Assembly (NCBI GenBank): GCA_963781585.1
Contig: CAWAGQ010000003.1
Location: 192,001 to 256,000, forward strand
Direction: 5' to 3'
Length of the DNA: 64,000 bases
DNA from: an uncultured Gemmatimonadaceae bacterium
GTDB lineage: Bacteria; Gemmatimonadota; Gemmatimonadetes; Gemmatimonadales; Gemmatimonadaceae
Shown one piece after another: positions 10,547-20,897 of the stretch. Below the pieces are notes generated by a model. The model saw only the letters and a list, made by a program, of their open reading frames with translations. It searched no databases and was not told the origin of the DNA. The position numbers were made by a program, and so were the translations under genes. Within the stretch, counting starts at the first letter, position 1, and each line of letters opens with the position of its first letter.

Positions 10547-11914
10547 ATGATGCCGCCCGATGTCTCCGCCGCGCCGGACGCAACCCTGGGGCGCGGCGGA
10601 CTCACCGACACGCGCGTCGCCGCCGCCGACATTCTCGCCGATCTCCGCAGCGGCACGCTGCTCGACGCCGCGCTCGACCGCCGCGTGGACACACTCGAAG
10701 CGCGCGACCGCCGATTCGTGCAGGAGCTCGTGTACGGCACGCTGCGCCAGCGGAGCGCCCTCGACGCCGTGCTCACCACGCGCGTACGCGGCGGCCTGGT
10801 GCGGCTCGATGCCGACCTGGTGGACGTACTCCGCCTTGGCACGTATCAGCTGCTGCAGATGGGCAGCGTTCCCGCGTACGCGGCGATCGCGCAGAGTGTG
10901 GAGCTGGCCAAGAGGCGCCATGGCATCGGCGCCAGTCGCCTGGCAAACGCCGTCCTGCGCAGGGTCGATCGCGAGCGCGCCGAGCTGGCCGGGGCGACAC
11001 TCGGTGAGAACGACGATCCGGTCGACTCCCTGGCGCTGCGGTACTCACATCCCCGGTGGCTGGTGGCGCGGTGGGTGGCGCGGTGGGGCGCCGTCGAAAC
11101 GGAAGGACTGCTGGCGTTCAACAACGAGGAGGCGCCGCTGGTGGTACGTCCCTGTGGCGTGAGCCGCGAACAGCTGCAGGCCCAGCTGGAGCTGAGTGGC
11201 GTGCGTACCGCCGACGTGCCCCTGGTACCGGACAGCCTCCGTCTCGAGAACGCGGGAGGCCTCACCCAGCTCGGGGCTTTTCGCCAGGGCCTCTTCTTCG
11301 TGCAGGATCCCGGGGCCACGCTGGTGACTCGTTATGCATCCTTCCGGTCGGCGACGGTGGTGGCCGACCTGTGCGCGGCACCGGGCGGCAAGGCGGTGGA
11401 GCTCGGACGCGAGGCGTCCCTGGTGGTCGCCTCCGACCGGTCACTCCCCCGGCTCGCGCGCATGCGCGCCAATCTCGCGCGGCTCGGCGCCAGCCACATC
11501 GCACTGGTGGCGATGGACGCGCGGGCGCTCGCTCTGGCGCCGGTCCCGGCGGTCCTGCTCGACGTGCCCTGCACCGGGACCGGGACGTTCCGGCGACATC
11601 CCGATGCCCGATGGCGGCTGCGTATCTCCGACCTCGCCGTGCTCGCCGCCATGCAGCAAACGATGCTCCGCGCGGCCGCCGACGCCGTGCAGCCGGGAGG
11701 ATTGCTGGTCTACAGCACCTGCTCCCTGGAGCCCGAGGAGAACGACGCCCAGATCGATGGGTTCCTCGAGGATCACACCGGGTGGAATCTCGAGCCCCCG
11801 CCCGCGGATGCGGTTCCCGACGATCTGCTCGACGTCGGACGGCTGCGAATCCTTCCGCAGCGTCAGCGTGTGGACGGTGCCTTCGCGGCGCGTTTGCGAC
11901 GGGCGGCCGCATAA
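10547..11914 (+). CDS. rsmB: 16S rRNA m5C967 methyltransferase RsmB
   Basis: NusB-like N-terminus, YSHP, DLCAAPGGK, DVPCTGTG, YSTCS. Confidence 0.95.
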   Translation: MMPPDVSAAPDATLGRGGLTDTRVAAADILADLRSGTLLDAALDRRVDTLEARDRRFVQELVYGTLRQRSALDAVLTTRVRGGLVRLDADLVDVLRLGTYQLLQMGSVPAYAAIAQSVELAKRRHGIGASRLANAVLRRVDRERAELAGATLGENDDPVDSLALRYSHPRWLVARWVARWGAVETEGLLAFNNEEAPLVVRPCGVSREQLQAQLELSGVRTADVPLVPDSLRLENAGGLTQLGAFRQGLFFVQDPGATLVTRYASFRSATVVADLCAAPGGKAVELGREASLVVASDRSLPRLARMRANLARLGASHIALVAMDARALALAPVPAVLLDVPCTGTGTFRRHPDARWRLRISDLAVLAAMQQTMLRAAADAVQPGGLLVYSTCSLEPEENDAQIDGFLEDHTGWNLEPPPADAVPDDLLDVGRLRILPQRQRVDGAFAARLRRAAA

Positions 11915-12651
11915 TGGCGCGATCCGGACGCGCCGCGGGGAATGGGCGCCTCCTGATTCATCTCGGCCTGGCGTCGATGGGCTTCCTCGTCGCATGGCTG
12001 CTTGTTGCGTTCGTCATTTTCCCCGATGAGGGGCCGCCGGACGCCGTGCTCGTTCCGGCGGTGGTCGGGTTGCCTTACGCGGACGCGTCGCAACGGCTCA
12101 CCGCCGCGGGACTCAAGGCCTCGCAAGGCGAGTCGCGGCTGAGCGGTGAAGCGCCCAAATCAACCGTCCTGGCCCAGACGCCCGTGGGCGGATCGCGCGC
12201 TCAGCGAGGCGACCAGGTGACGCTCGATGTGAGCGCCGGACAGCAGCGAGCGACCATCCCCGAGCTGGTCGGCAAGGGGCGATCCGCCGCCGACCGGGCC
12301 CTGCGTGCAGCGGGACTGACCATGGGACAGGTCACCGAACGTCCGGACGCGCAGGCACGGGGAACGGTGCTGGCCTTGACTCCTTCGCCAGGACAGGTGG
12401 TGCCGGCGGGGACAGCAGTGGATCTGGTGGTCAGCTCCGGTCCGGCGCAGCTCACCATGCCCGATCTGGTCGGCCGCGACCTGATCGATGCGCGCAGCAC
12501 GATCGAACAGCTCGGGTTGACGATCGGGGCCGTGCATTACGATTCCTCCAGCACGCGTTCCGCAGGCCGGGTGCTCGAGCAGTCCCCGACTGCGGGATCA
12601 TCCGTGGCTCCTGGAGCAGCCGTCACCCTTCTCGTGTCGGGGACCTCGTGA
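11914..12651 (+). CDS. Single-pass membrane protein with three PASTA domains and no kinase domain
   Basis: One TM helix, then repeats starting VPAVVG, IPELVG, MPDLVG with VL.Q.P..G..V motifs. Confidence 0.88.
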   Translation: MARSGRAAGNGRLLIHLGLASMGFLVAWLLVAFVIFPDEGPPDAVLVPAVVGLPYADASQRLTAAGLKASQGESRLSGEAPKSTVLAQTPVGGSRAQRGDQVTLDVSAGQQRATIPELVGKGRSAADRALRAAGLTMGQVTERPDAQARGTVLALTPSPGQVVPAGTAVDLVVSSGPAQLTMPDLVGRDLIDARSTIEQLGLTIGAVHYDSSSTRSAGRVLEQSPTAGSSVAPGAAVTLLVSGTS

Positions 12652-13313
12652 CCGTTCGTATCGTGCCGTCCGTGCTGAGCGCCGACTTCGCGCGTCTGGG
12701 CGACGAGATCGCCATGTGTGAGGCCGCCGGTGCGGACTGGATCCACGTTGACGTGATGGACGGCCGGTTCGTACCGAACCTCACGTACGGCGCGAAGGTC
12801 ATCGAGACCATCCGGCGCCTCACGCCCCTTCCCCTGGACATCCACCTGATGGTCGTGGAGCCGGAGCGGTACTTCGACGACTTCGCGCGGGCGGGGGCGA
12901 GCGGCCTGACGCTGCACCAGGAGGCGGCGCCCCACCTCCACCGCCAGCTCCAGCACATCCGCGAGCTGGGGTGCAGGGCCGGCGTGGCCATCAATCCGTC
13001 GACCCCCGTCGGGACGCTGCAGGAGGTGGTGGGCATGGTGGATCTGGTCCTCGTGATGACGGTCAATCCCGGGTTCGGCGGCCAGAGTTTCATCGAGGCT
13101 TCGGTGGACAAGATCCGGCGGGCCCGCGCCATGCTCGACCAGGCGGGAAGCGGTGCCGCCCTCGAGGTGGACGGCGGGATCGCGCGGGACACAATAGCGC
13201 GCTGCTGGCGGGCCGGCGCCGATACCTTCGTGGCTGGTCACTCCATCTTCGCGGCACCGGATCCGGGGGGAGAGATTGTGGCGCTGAGACGACTGTGCAT
13301 GGAGGCCGTATGA
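12648..13313 (+). CDS. rpe: Ribulose-phosphate 3-epimerase
   Basis: PSVLSADF, HVDVMDG, VNPGFGGQ, VDGG. Confidence 0.97.
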   Translation: MTVRIVPSVLSADFARLGDEIAMCEAAGADWIHVDVMDGRFVPNLTYGAKVIETIRRLTPLPLDIHLMVVEPERYFDDFARAGASGLTLHQEAAPHLHRQLQHIRELGCRAGVAINPSTPVGTLQEVVGMVDLVLVMTVNPGFGGQSFIEASVDKIRRARAMLDQAGSGAALEVDGGIARDTIARCWRAGADTFVAGHSIFAAPDPGGEIVALRRLCMEAV

Positions 13314-13915
13314 GGGACGCTGTACGCCGCGCGGGAGGCACTCGACGCGCGCTGGGGGCCGCGCGGACCCTGGTCGTGACGGTTCTGGCGCTGGCAGGGG
13401 TCGCCGGCATTCTACTGATGAGGCGGTCGCCCGACGCGGCGGCGCGGATGATCACGGTGGGCTCGACGGCTCCGGATTTCCTCGCCAAGACGCTCGACTC
13501 GGTGCCGAAGACCCGTAGCCTGGCCGACTATCGCGGCCAGGTGGTGCTGCTGAATCTGTGGGCGTCGTGGTGCGAGCCATGCCGGGTCGAGATGCCGAGC
13601 ATCGAGGCGCTGTACCGGCAGTTCGGACCGCACGGCCTCAAGGTGGTCGCGGTGGCCACCGACGATCCGGGGTTCGAGGATCGCGTGCGGTCGTTCGTGG
13701 CGCGCTACGGCCTCACCTTCGACGTCCTGAGCGAGGGATCCGGCAGGATCGAGCAGTCCTATCAGTCGTTAGGCATTCCATCCACCTTCCTGATCGGACG
13801 CGACGGGATGATCCGCAAGCGGGTCACCGGGGCCTCCGACTGGAGTTCTCCCGCCAACCAGGCGCTGGTGTCGCAACTGCTCGGCATCCCACTGCCCTCC
13901 GCCGGCGGATCATGA
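13310..13915 (+). CDS. TlpA/ResA-like thiol:disulfide oxidoreductase
   Basis: N-terminal anchor, LNLWASWCEPC..EMP, IPSTFLI. Confidence 0.92.
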   Translation: MRDAVRRAGGTRRALGAARTLVVTVLALAGVAGILLMRRSPDAAARMITVGSTAPDFLAKTLDSVPKTRSLADYRGQVVLLNLWASWCEPCRVEMPSIEALYRQFGPHGLKVVAVATDDPGFEDRVRSFVARYGLTFDVLSEGSGRIEQSYQSLGIPSTFLIGRDGMIRKRVTGASDWSSPANQALVSQLLGIPLPSAGGS

Positions 13916-14994
13916 CCGTCGTGCTGGGAGTGGAGACGTCGTGCGACGAGACCTCCGCGGCGGTGGTGGCCGGCTGCGGCGACGAGGTGACGCAGCGTTC
14001 GCTGGTGATCCTGTCGCAGGACGTTCACCGCGTATTCGGCGGCGTGGTTCCCGAGATCGCATCGCGGGCGCATCTCACGGCGATCGTTCCGGTGGTCGGG
14101 CGCGCGCTCGCCGATGCCGGCGCGTCGCTCGATGACGTGGACGTGGTGGCGGTGACGAACGGTCCCGGACTGGTGGGAGCGCTGCTGGTGGGTTTGAGTT
14201 TCGCGAAAGCGATGGCGTTCGCGCGGGGCAAGCGACTGATCGGGGTGCACCACATGGAGGGCCACCTGTTCGCCCAGTCGCTCGAGCACGCCGACGCCGT
14301 TCCCCCGTTCACCGCGCTCCTCGTTTCGGGCGGGCACACGATGCTGATCGACGCCCCGGCGTGGGGGACCTATCGCCTGCTGGGAGCGACGCGGGACGAC
14401 GCCGCCGGCGAGGCGTTCGACAAGGTCGCCAAGCTGCTGGGCCTGCCCTATCCCGGCGGCCGGCCGGTCGAGCGCCTGGCGCGCGACGGCGATCCGCGCC
14501 GGTTCCACTTCGCGCGCCCGATGCTCCGACGCAGCCAGGCACCCGGGGACGACGATTACTACGACGTATCGTTCAGCGGCCTCAAGACCGCGGTGCTGCA
14601 TGCGGTGCGCGGGTCGCCCGATCCGGAGGGCGATCGGCCGCACCTGGCGCGCGGCTTTCAGGACGCCCTGATCGAGACGCTGGTGGAGAAGACCTACCGT
14701 GCGGCCGCCCGGTTCGGGCGACGACGGGTGGTCCTGGGCGGCGGCGTGGCCTGCAACGGTGCGCTGGCCGACGCGATGCGCGAGCGACTGTCCTCGTTAG
14801 GCGCCGAGCTGTTCGCGCCGAGTCCGCGGCTGGCCACCGATAACGCGGCGATGATCGCCCGCGCCGGCCTGTTTCGCGCCGAAGCCGGCGCCCGCGACGG
14901 CTGGGATCTGAACGCCTATGCCAGCCTCCCGCTCCCCGGCCTGGTCCAGGACCGGCACCCCGGTCGTCGCATCAGGAAGATGGCTGCCGGGTAG
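13912..14994 (+). CDS. tsaD: t6A synthase TsaD
   Basis: GVETSCDET, GGVVPEIASRAH, HHMEGH, VSGGHT, SFSGLKT, TDNAAMI. Confidence 0.97.
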   Translation: MTVVLGVETSCDETSAAVVAGCGDEVTQRSLVILSQDVHRVFGGVVPEIASRAHLTAIVPVVGRALADAGASLDDVDVVAVTNGPGLVGALLVGLSFAKAMAFARGKRLIGVHHMEGHLFAQSLEHADAVPPFTALLVSGGHTMLIDAPAWGTYRLLGATRDDAAGEAFDKVAKLLGLPYPGGRPVERLARDGDPRRFHFARPMLRRSQAPGDDDYYDVSFSGLKTAVLHAVRGSPDPEGDRPHLARGFQDALIETLVEKTYRAAARFGRRRVVLGGGVACNGALADAMRERLSSLGAELFAPSPRLATDNAAMIARAGLFRAEAGARDGWDLNAYASLPLPGLVQDRHPGRRIRKMAAG

Positions 14995-15071
14995 CAGAAA
15001 ACGCGGTGCCGAGGCGCCCGCCACCTGGCCGCCGCCTGCGCCCCTCGCAAACCCCTTACCCGTCGCGGCAC

Positions 15072-15926
15072 ATGCCCATCATTCACCATCCGCTCGAGAT
15101 CCACATCGGTCCGCTTCCCCTCACCGGGTTCGGTATCGCGGTAATGCTCGCGTTCGTGCTCTCGAATTTCATCGCCGAGCGGGTACTGGAGCGGCGCGGC
15201 CATCCGGATTCGGCCCGGGCCATCCCCGATCTCATCATCGCCTGCATCGTGGGGACGCTGATCGGCGGCAAGCTGTACTACGCAGGCATCGTGACGCACA
15301 ACTGGCATGATCTCTTCGGGCGCGCAGGGTTCGTGTTCTGGGGAGGGTTCACCGGTTCAGTGCTGGCAAGCTGGTTGTACATCTGGTACAAGAAGCTCTC
15401 CTTCGTCCGGTTTGCCGACGTCGCGGGCATCTGCATCGCGGCCGGCTACTCGGTGGGGCGCACCGGATGCTGGGCGGTGGGCGACGACTACGGCCGCCCA
15501 TGGAACGGCCCGCTGGCCGTGCTGTTCCCCAACGGATCGCCGCCGTCCACCGCCGAGAACATGCGACAACTGTTTCACCTGCCGGTGCCGGCCGGGGTCG
15601 CGAGCGACACCGTGCTGTCGGTCTACCCGACGCAGCTGCTGGAAGTGGCGCTCGGGTTCGTGATGTTTCTCGTCCTGTGGCGCTACCGCGACCACCGACA
15701 TGCGGAGGGGTGGCTCTTCGGGCTGTGGGCGGTCCTGGCCGGCCTGGAGCGCTTCGCGGTCGAATTCCTGCGCGCCAAGGACGATCGTTTTCTCGGGACC
15801 CTGACTCTGGCCCAGGCAATCGCGCTGGCGGTGACGGTGATCGGCGCCCTGGTGATGTACTGGCGCTGGAACACCGGTCCCGCGCGACCCGGGATCCGCC
15901 CGCTCCCGGCCCACCAGGCTCGTTAG
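15072..15926 (+). CDS. lgt: Prolipoprotein diacylglyceryl transferase
   Basis: Multi-TM protein; GRTGC..GDDYG, YPTQLLE, ERFAVEFLR. Confidence 0.88.
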   Translation: MPIIHHPLEIHIGPLPLTGFGIAVMLAFVLSNFIAERVLERRGHPDSARAIPDLIIACIVGTLIGGKLYYAGIVTHNWHDLFGRAGFVFWGGFTGSVLASWLYIWYKKLSFVRFADVAGICIAAGYSVGRTGCWAVGDDYGRPWNGPLAVLFPNGSPPSTAENMRQLFHLPVPAGVASDTVLSVYPTQLLEVALGFVMFLVLWRYRDHRHAEGWLFGLWAVLAGLERFAVEFLRAKDDRFLGTLTLAQAIALAVTVIGALVMYWRWNTGPARPGIRPLPAHQAR

Positions 15927-16013
15927 GCTCCCGCGTGTGCCCGGTCCGGCGGCGACCGCGGGGCCAGTCGCCGACGCCCGGCCGTCGTCAACCCCGGAGG
16001 GTGGACGGGCTGC

Positions 16014-18308
16014 TCAGGTGCGACGGTCGGACGACGGGACGGGTCCCACCCGCTCGGCGGCCTCGATGGCCTGCTCCAGTTCCTCGAGGCGCCGTTCCAG
16101 ATGCGCCATGCGCTGGCCCAACTGCTCCACCCGGGGTCCCAGTACGGAAGCTCGTTCCACCGCGCGAGGCGCAGCGGCGTCGGCCGGAGCCATCGGCAGC
16201 GCGACCGACCGGCGCGGCCAGAACGTCCTGAGCAGCGCAAACACGAACAGCGCCACCAGCACGACCTGCGCGAGCAGCGTCTCGACGGTCGCGAAGACCC
16301 CCATCTTCTCGGCCTGGGGCCAACCCGGCAGCACCGTCCAGGAGACGATGTTGGCCTCCTGCAGCTCGTGAATGCCCTTCCCCACGAACACGAACGCCAG
16401 GTAGTACAGGAGCGCGCTGGTCACCGCAAAGAACGGTCTCAGCGGGATCCGCACGCCGTACCGATAGAAGAGGGTGAAGACCACCACCAGCCCGGCCGCG
16501 CCGGCGAGCAGTCCGAGTGCGATTGCCAGGCCGTGACCACCGGCGTCCTGAAAGAGCGCCTGGTAGAAGAGGGCCGTCTCCGCGCCTTCACGATACACCG
16601 CCAGGAACGCCACGAATGCCAGCGTCTTCCCGCCGCCGCGTTCCAGCGCCGCGGTCACCTTGTCGCGGATGAACTGCTGCCAGCGGGCGGCTTCGACCTT
16701 GGAGATGAGCCAGTAGCTCACCGAGAACAACACGGCGACCGCCACCAGCATGGTGATGCCTTCGATGATCTCGCGGCTGGCGGGAATGGCGCTGAGGAGG
16801 GTCGCCAGCACCACCGCCGTGAGCAGACTCGCGCCCAGCCCGCCCAGCACGCCGGCCCAGATCGATTTCAGCCGCTCCCGATGCCCGGTCTTCAGCAGGA
16901 ATGCCACGATCGCGCCGATCACCAGGATGGCCTCGAAGCCTTCGCGAAGAATGATCAGCAGCGACTGGAGAAAGGCCCCCCACCGACCAGCGGTCGGCTC
17001 GTTGAGCGCGACGATGTCGGGCAGCCGCTCCTGGATGATGTTTCGCGACGCTTCTGCCTGACGCGGGTCATTGCCGTTGATCGCTCCACGGAAGTCCGCG
17101 AAGTGACTCTCGAGCGAGCCGACCAGCCCCGGATTGCGCGCGCGGGCCGGGGTCTCCAGCGGTTCGAACGCGATGTAGGCATCGAACGCGCGGTCACTGG
17201 CCTCGCCGCGCCGTCCCGCGCGCGCGGCTTCCAGCGCCTCGTCCAGTATCGCCAGGACTTTCCGGGCGGTCAGGGCCGGCTCGGACGATTGCGCGGCTGC
17301 CGGGGGAGCCTGCACGTCGTTGAGCGCCAGGGTCCGGATGTACGCGACAATCCGGCTGATGTCGGCCTCGCCGAGGTCGCGCGAGGGGGGCATTGCCGTT
17401 CCGGCGATGCCCCGCCGCACGACCTCGGCGATCTGACCGTCGCTGCGCTCGGCCTGCCAGGCGAACGAGGACAGTTCGATCGGGAGACGCGAGAGCGCCG
17501 CGCTCAGCGTGCCGTTCGACCCGCCGGCGGCGCCGTGGCACTCGGCGCACTGCCGGACGTACAGTCCCTGCCCTTCAGCCCGCGGCGCGGGGGCCCGCAG
17601 GGACACCGCGTACTCAACGACATCCCACCGTTGATCGGGCGTCAGATCGGGCGCGAAGCTCACCATCGCGGTGCCGGCAACCCCGACCGACACGATGCGG
17701 AACATCATCGCCGGCGTCACGTCGCGCATCGCCGACGCGCTGCCTAACGCGGGCGGTGGCGTGGACGTGGTGTGGGCCATCGGGCCGTCGCCCTGACCGT
17801 GCATGCCGTGGCAGCTCGCGCAACGCGCCTCGAAGGTCCGCTGCCCGGCCGCCAGATCCACCGGCCGCGAGGGGAGGTCGAGCGCCGCTTCGGCGCCCAG
17901 CGACTCCATGATCAGCCGCACGAACGGCGCCAGGGCCGCCGGCGGCACACGCCGCGCGGTCAGCGCCGACAGCGAGTCGAGACCCGCGCGCGCCGAGTCC
18001 GCCCTATTGCCGCTGAGTCGCCCGGCCGACTCCCTGGCATCCCTGAGAAACGCGATCGCTTCCCGGTACTCGGTCGCCGAGATCAGCCGGCCCGCGGAAT
18101 CGACGCCCTTGGCGTATTCCTCCACCGCCACCCCGGCGATGTAGGCGACACGCTTCGCCGGACGATCCTGCGCCGCCGCCACGCGCACCAGGACGAGGAA
18201 CATCGGCAACCCGCGCACCAGGGCCATTCCGGCGCGCGACTGCCTCCACCGGTGCATCCTTCCGGGTCCGGCCGTCGGCCGCTGAGCGGGTGCTGCGTTC
18301 CAGGGCAT
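16014..18308 (-). CDS. Cytochrome c / FTR1 family iron permease fusion
   Basis: Two CxxCH motifs (CASCH, CAECH); FTR1 motifs REGFE and REGAE; start uncertain (18203/18257/18308). Confidence 0.9.
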   Translation of the reverse strand: MPWNAAPAQRPTAGPGRMHRWRQSRAGMALVRGLPMFLVLVRVAAAQDRPAKRVAYIAGVAVEEYAKGVDSAGRLISATEYREAIAFLRDARESAGRLSGNRADSARAGLDSLSALTARRVPPAALAPFVRLIMESLGAEAALDLPSRPVDLAAGQRTFEARCASCHGMHGQGDGPMAHTTSTPPPALGSASAMRDVTPAMMFRIVSVGVAGTAMVSFAPDLTPDQRWDVVEYAVSLRAPAPRAEGQGLYVRQCAECHGAAGGSNGTLSAALSRLPIELSSFAWQAERSDGQIAEVVRRGIAGTAMPPSRDLGEADISRIVAYIRTLALNDVQAPPAAAQSSEPALTARKVLAILDEALEAARAGRRGEASDRAFDAYIAFEPLETPARARNPGLVGSLESHFADFRGAINGNDPRQAEASRNIIQERLPDIVALNEPTAGRWGAFLQSLLIILREGFEAILVIGAIVAFLLKTGHRERLKSIWAGVLGGLGASLLTAVVLATLLSAIPASREIIEGITMLVAVAVLFSVSYWLISKVEAARWQQFIRDKVTAALERGGGKTLAFVAFLAVYREGAETALFYQALFQDAGGHGLAIALGLLAGAAGLVVVFTLFYRYGVRIPLRPFFAVTSALLYYLAFVFVGKGIHELQEANIVSWTVLPGWPQAEKMGVFATVETLLAQVVLVALFVFALLRTFWPRRSVALPMAPADAAAPRAVERASVLGPRVEQLGQRMAHLERRLEELEQAIEAAERVGPVPSSDRRT

Positions 18309-18421
18309 CGCCCGCCAATCTAGCGCGCGTCCGACACCCTCGGCCAAGGCCTGCACCCGGCACGCTTCGCCGGTGTCGCAGGCCAACAACGCCCGGGAGC
18401 CCGGCGGGCCCGGCGTTTCCG

Positions 18422-18805
18422 TCATCTGATTTCCAGCACCACCACCGCGGCCGCGACCGCGTCAGCATGGGTCAGCGACACCCAGATCCGCGCGACACCC
18501 ATCTCCCGCGCACGGCTCGCGGCCCGGGCATGACAGCGAATGGATGGCCGGCCAGCCTCGTCGACCTGAACTTCGATCTCGCGCCACCCGATCGCCCGCG
18601 CCGCGTCGCTGCCGCTCAGCGCCTTGAACGCGGCTTCCTTGGCGGCGATCCGGACGGCGTAGTGTCGTTCGGGAACGGCTCTGCCGTCGCAGTACTGCCG
18701 CTCGGACTCGGTGAACAGGCGTTCGAGTCCGCGCCCGCCGTGTCGGGCGATCAGGGCGCGCACGCGCCCGATGTCCACCGCGTCGATCCCCACGCCGCCG
18801 ATCAC
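18422..18805 (-). CDS. acpS: Holo-ACP synthase
   Basis: GVGIDAVD, RLFTESE, AAKEAAFKAL, VSLTH; GTG start overlapping the upstream stop. Confidence 0.93.
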   Translation of the reverse strand: MIGGVGIDAVDIGRVRALIARHGGRGLERLFTESERQYCDGRAVPERHYAVRIAAKEAAFKALSGSDAARAIGWREIEVQVDEAGRPSIRCHARAASRAREMGVARIWVSLTHADAVAAAVVVLEIR

Positions 18806-19611
18806 CGGTGACCCCCCAGCAGCAGCGCGCCTGACGAGACGAGGAGCGCCAGGCCGGCGCTCCGCCGCCACCACCGTCCGCGGGTGCCCGTGCCACGGAC
18901 CGGCGGCAGGAGATCCACCGCCGCGCTCCAACTCCGGTCGGCGGCGACAAACACCGCCGTCACGTGGGCAACCCAGGCGCGCCACGCCACGAATCCCTGC
19001 TCGTCAGGCGCCGACCGGGCACGAGCGGTTGTTGCCTCGAGTGCACGCAACCGCGTGAACACTGCCGCAGCCGCGTCCGTGAGTTGGGCCTCGAGGGCGC
19101 GACGGTCGGGTGCGCGGTCCGGACATCGCTCGGCAGCGAGCGCCGCGATGACCTGCGACAGACGCTCGGACAGCGCCGGGGCCTGGAAGGCGTCGAGGCG
19201 GCGGTCGAAGTCCGTCTCCTCTTCCAGTCGGCGCCGGGCCTGCAACAGCGGTGCGAAGAACCGCGACTGGGCGTCGCGATCCCCGCCCCTTCGCGAGCCC
19301 AGGACCCGAAGCCCACGCGTGAACTCGGGCAACGGACAGGCACGCGCCACGATCGCCACCCAGGCGCGATCGAGCGCCTGCACTCCCTCGAGTTCCACGG
19401 TGCCATCTAGCCCGTGCAGTGTCAGGACGCCCTTGCGCCACACCGCCCCCGACAGCGCCGGGTACTCCTCGCGCGCCGTCGCGCCACCGTCGGTTACGAC
19501 TTCGATCGTCCGATCGCGGAGGCGCAGCACGCCCCGGCCCGAGAGGGCCGCGTCGCGCCAGGTGCCGCTCACGCGCCGCAGCGCGAACTCGCTCCCGGCG
19601 TCAGGCATCAT
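18802..19611 (-). CDS. Hypothetical protein with C-terminal hydrophobic tail
   Basis: Fills the gap between the CYTH gene and acpS, overlapping both; no motif recognised. Confidence 0.6.
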   Translation of the reverse strand: MMPDAGSEFALRRVSGTWRDAALSGRGVLRLRDRTIEVVTDGGATAREEYPALSGAVWRKGVLTLHGLDGTVELEGVQALDRAWVAIVARACPLPEFTRGLRVLGSRRGGDRDAQSRFFAPLLQARRRLEEETDFDRRLDAFQAPALSERLSQVIAALAAERCPDRAPDRRALEAQLTDAAAAVFTRLRALEATTARARSAPDEQGFVAWRAWVAHVTAVFVAADRSWSAAVDLLPPVRGTGTRGRWWRRSAGLALLVSSGALLLGGHR

Positions 19612-20194
19612 CCCGAGAGTAGCGATACTCGCCGCGCGCCTCACGATCGCTGACGGCGGCACGCTGGCCGGTGCGGGACTCATACCGCGCGACGAATGCC
19701 GCGAGACGATCCGCGGTGAAGTGCGATCGTGGAATGCCGAGGACGGCAATGGCGCGTTCGATCGCATCGGGCTCACCTTCGACCTCGACCAGCGCGTCCA
19801 TCCGCGGGAACCGCTCGAAGCGCACGGTCACGCCGTCGAGCGCGAAGACCCGGATATCGCGATCGATCTCCCGCGACACCACCAGCCCCAGTCCCTCGAG
19901 AATGGCGGTCATGGCCGCCGCATCGGCCACCGCCACGCTTGTCTCATCGCGACGCTTGAATCCGCCTTCGTAGCTGGCCGGCCCCTTCCAGTCGAGAGCG
20001 GCGGCGGTGGATCCATCGCATCGCGTTACCCGGACGCGCAGTACCAGATCCCGGCGCAGCAGCGCGCGGTCCGGAGTGTCGAAGCGGCGATCCTCGAGTC
20101 GCCCCGCGAGGATCGGAGTCGCCCCGGCACGCAGCAGCCGCTCCGTGCACGGCGCCTCGTCAGGCACCACGCTCTTGAGCTCGATCTCACGCAT
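19601..20194 (-). CDS. CYTH-family protein (class IV adenylate cyclase-like)
   Basis: MREIELK (ExExK), LRVR, FKRRDE, LVEVE. Confidence 0.85.
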   Translation of the reverse strand: MREIELKSVVPDEAPCTERLLRAGATPILAGRLEDRRFDTPDRALLRRDLVLRVRVTRCDGSTAAALDWKGPASYEGGFKRRDETSVAVADAAAMTAILEGLGLVVSREIDRDIRVFALDGVTVRFERFPRMDALVEVEGEPDAIERAIAVLGIPRSHFTADRLAAFVARYESRTGQRAAVSDREARGEYRYSRDDA

Positions 20195-20897
20195 CGAAGA
20201 TCGCTCGCGTCACGGCCGCGGTGTCGCGGAGATCGGGGAACACCGCCCACGGCCGGTGGATCGCCAGTTCCTCCACGCGGTAGCGGCCGGTGGCCACCGC
20301 GATTGCGCGCGCACCCAACCCCCGTCCGCAGGCGATATCGGCGGGCGTGTCGCCGATGATCACCAGCGAAGCGCCGGGCAGGTCGAGCCCGAGGAGTTCG
20401 CGCGCGCGGCGTTGCGCGACCGCCGGCAATTCCTCGCGTACTTCGTGATCCGATCCGTACGCGCAGATCGTGAAACCAGCCGCGTCGACGCCCACCGCGG
20501 CGAGCTTTCGCGCCGCACCGTGCTCCAGGTTGCCGGTGAGGAGCCCCAGGACGCAGTCGCCGCGCCCGCGGAGCGCGGCGAGCAGGTCGGCGACACCATC
20601 GAGCAGACGTACCGTCGTGTGCGGTGCGGTCAGTTCGCGATCCAGGTACGACAGGTATTCCGCGATCACGCGCGGCATGGCGCGATTGATCGCGTCGTCG
20701 TCATGTCCCTCGTCCCTCATCAACTCGCGCACGATCTGCGGATCCGTCTTGCCGTCGAAGCGATAGGCGCGATTTCCCGACGAGCCGAAGACGGCGAGCA
20801 GTGCGGCGTCCATGGCGCGCCGCCCTGCCCCGTCGCTCCAGAGCAGCGTGCCGTCGATGTCGAACAGAACGAGCCTCGGATGCGTTCGAGGAGTCAT
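20187..20897 (-). CDS. HAD-family hydrolase
   Basis: LFDIDGTL, LLTGN, IIGDTPAD. Confidence 0.9.
   Translation of the reverse strand: MTPRTHPRLVLFDIDGTLLWSDGAGRRAMDAALLAVFGSSGNRAYRFDGKTDPQIVRELMRDEGHDDDAINRAMPRVIAEYLSYLDRELTAPHTTVRLLDGVADLLAALRGRGDCVLGLLTGNLEHGAARKLAAVGVDAAGFTICAYGSDHEVREELPAVAQRRARELLGLDLPGASLVIIGDTPADIACGRGLGARAIAVATGRYRVEELAIHRPWAVFPDLRDTAAVTRAIFDA

Noticed and set aside
15330..15350. Lgt has FWGG where E. coli has FHGG
   Set aside because: Variation at this position occurs among Lgt proteins and the other conserved residues are present
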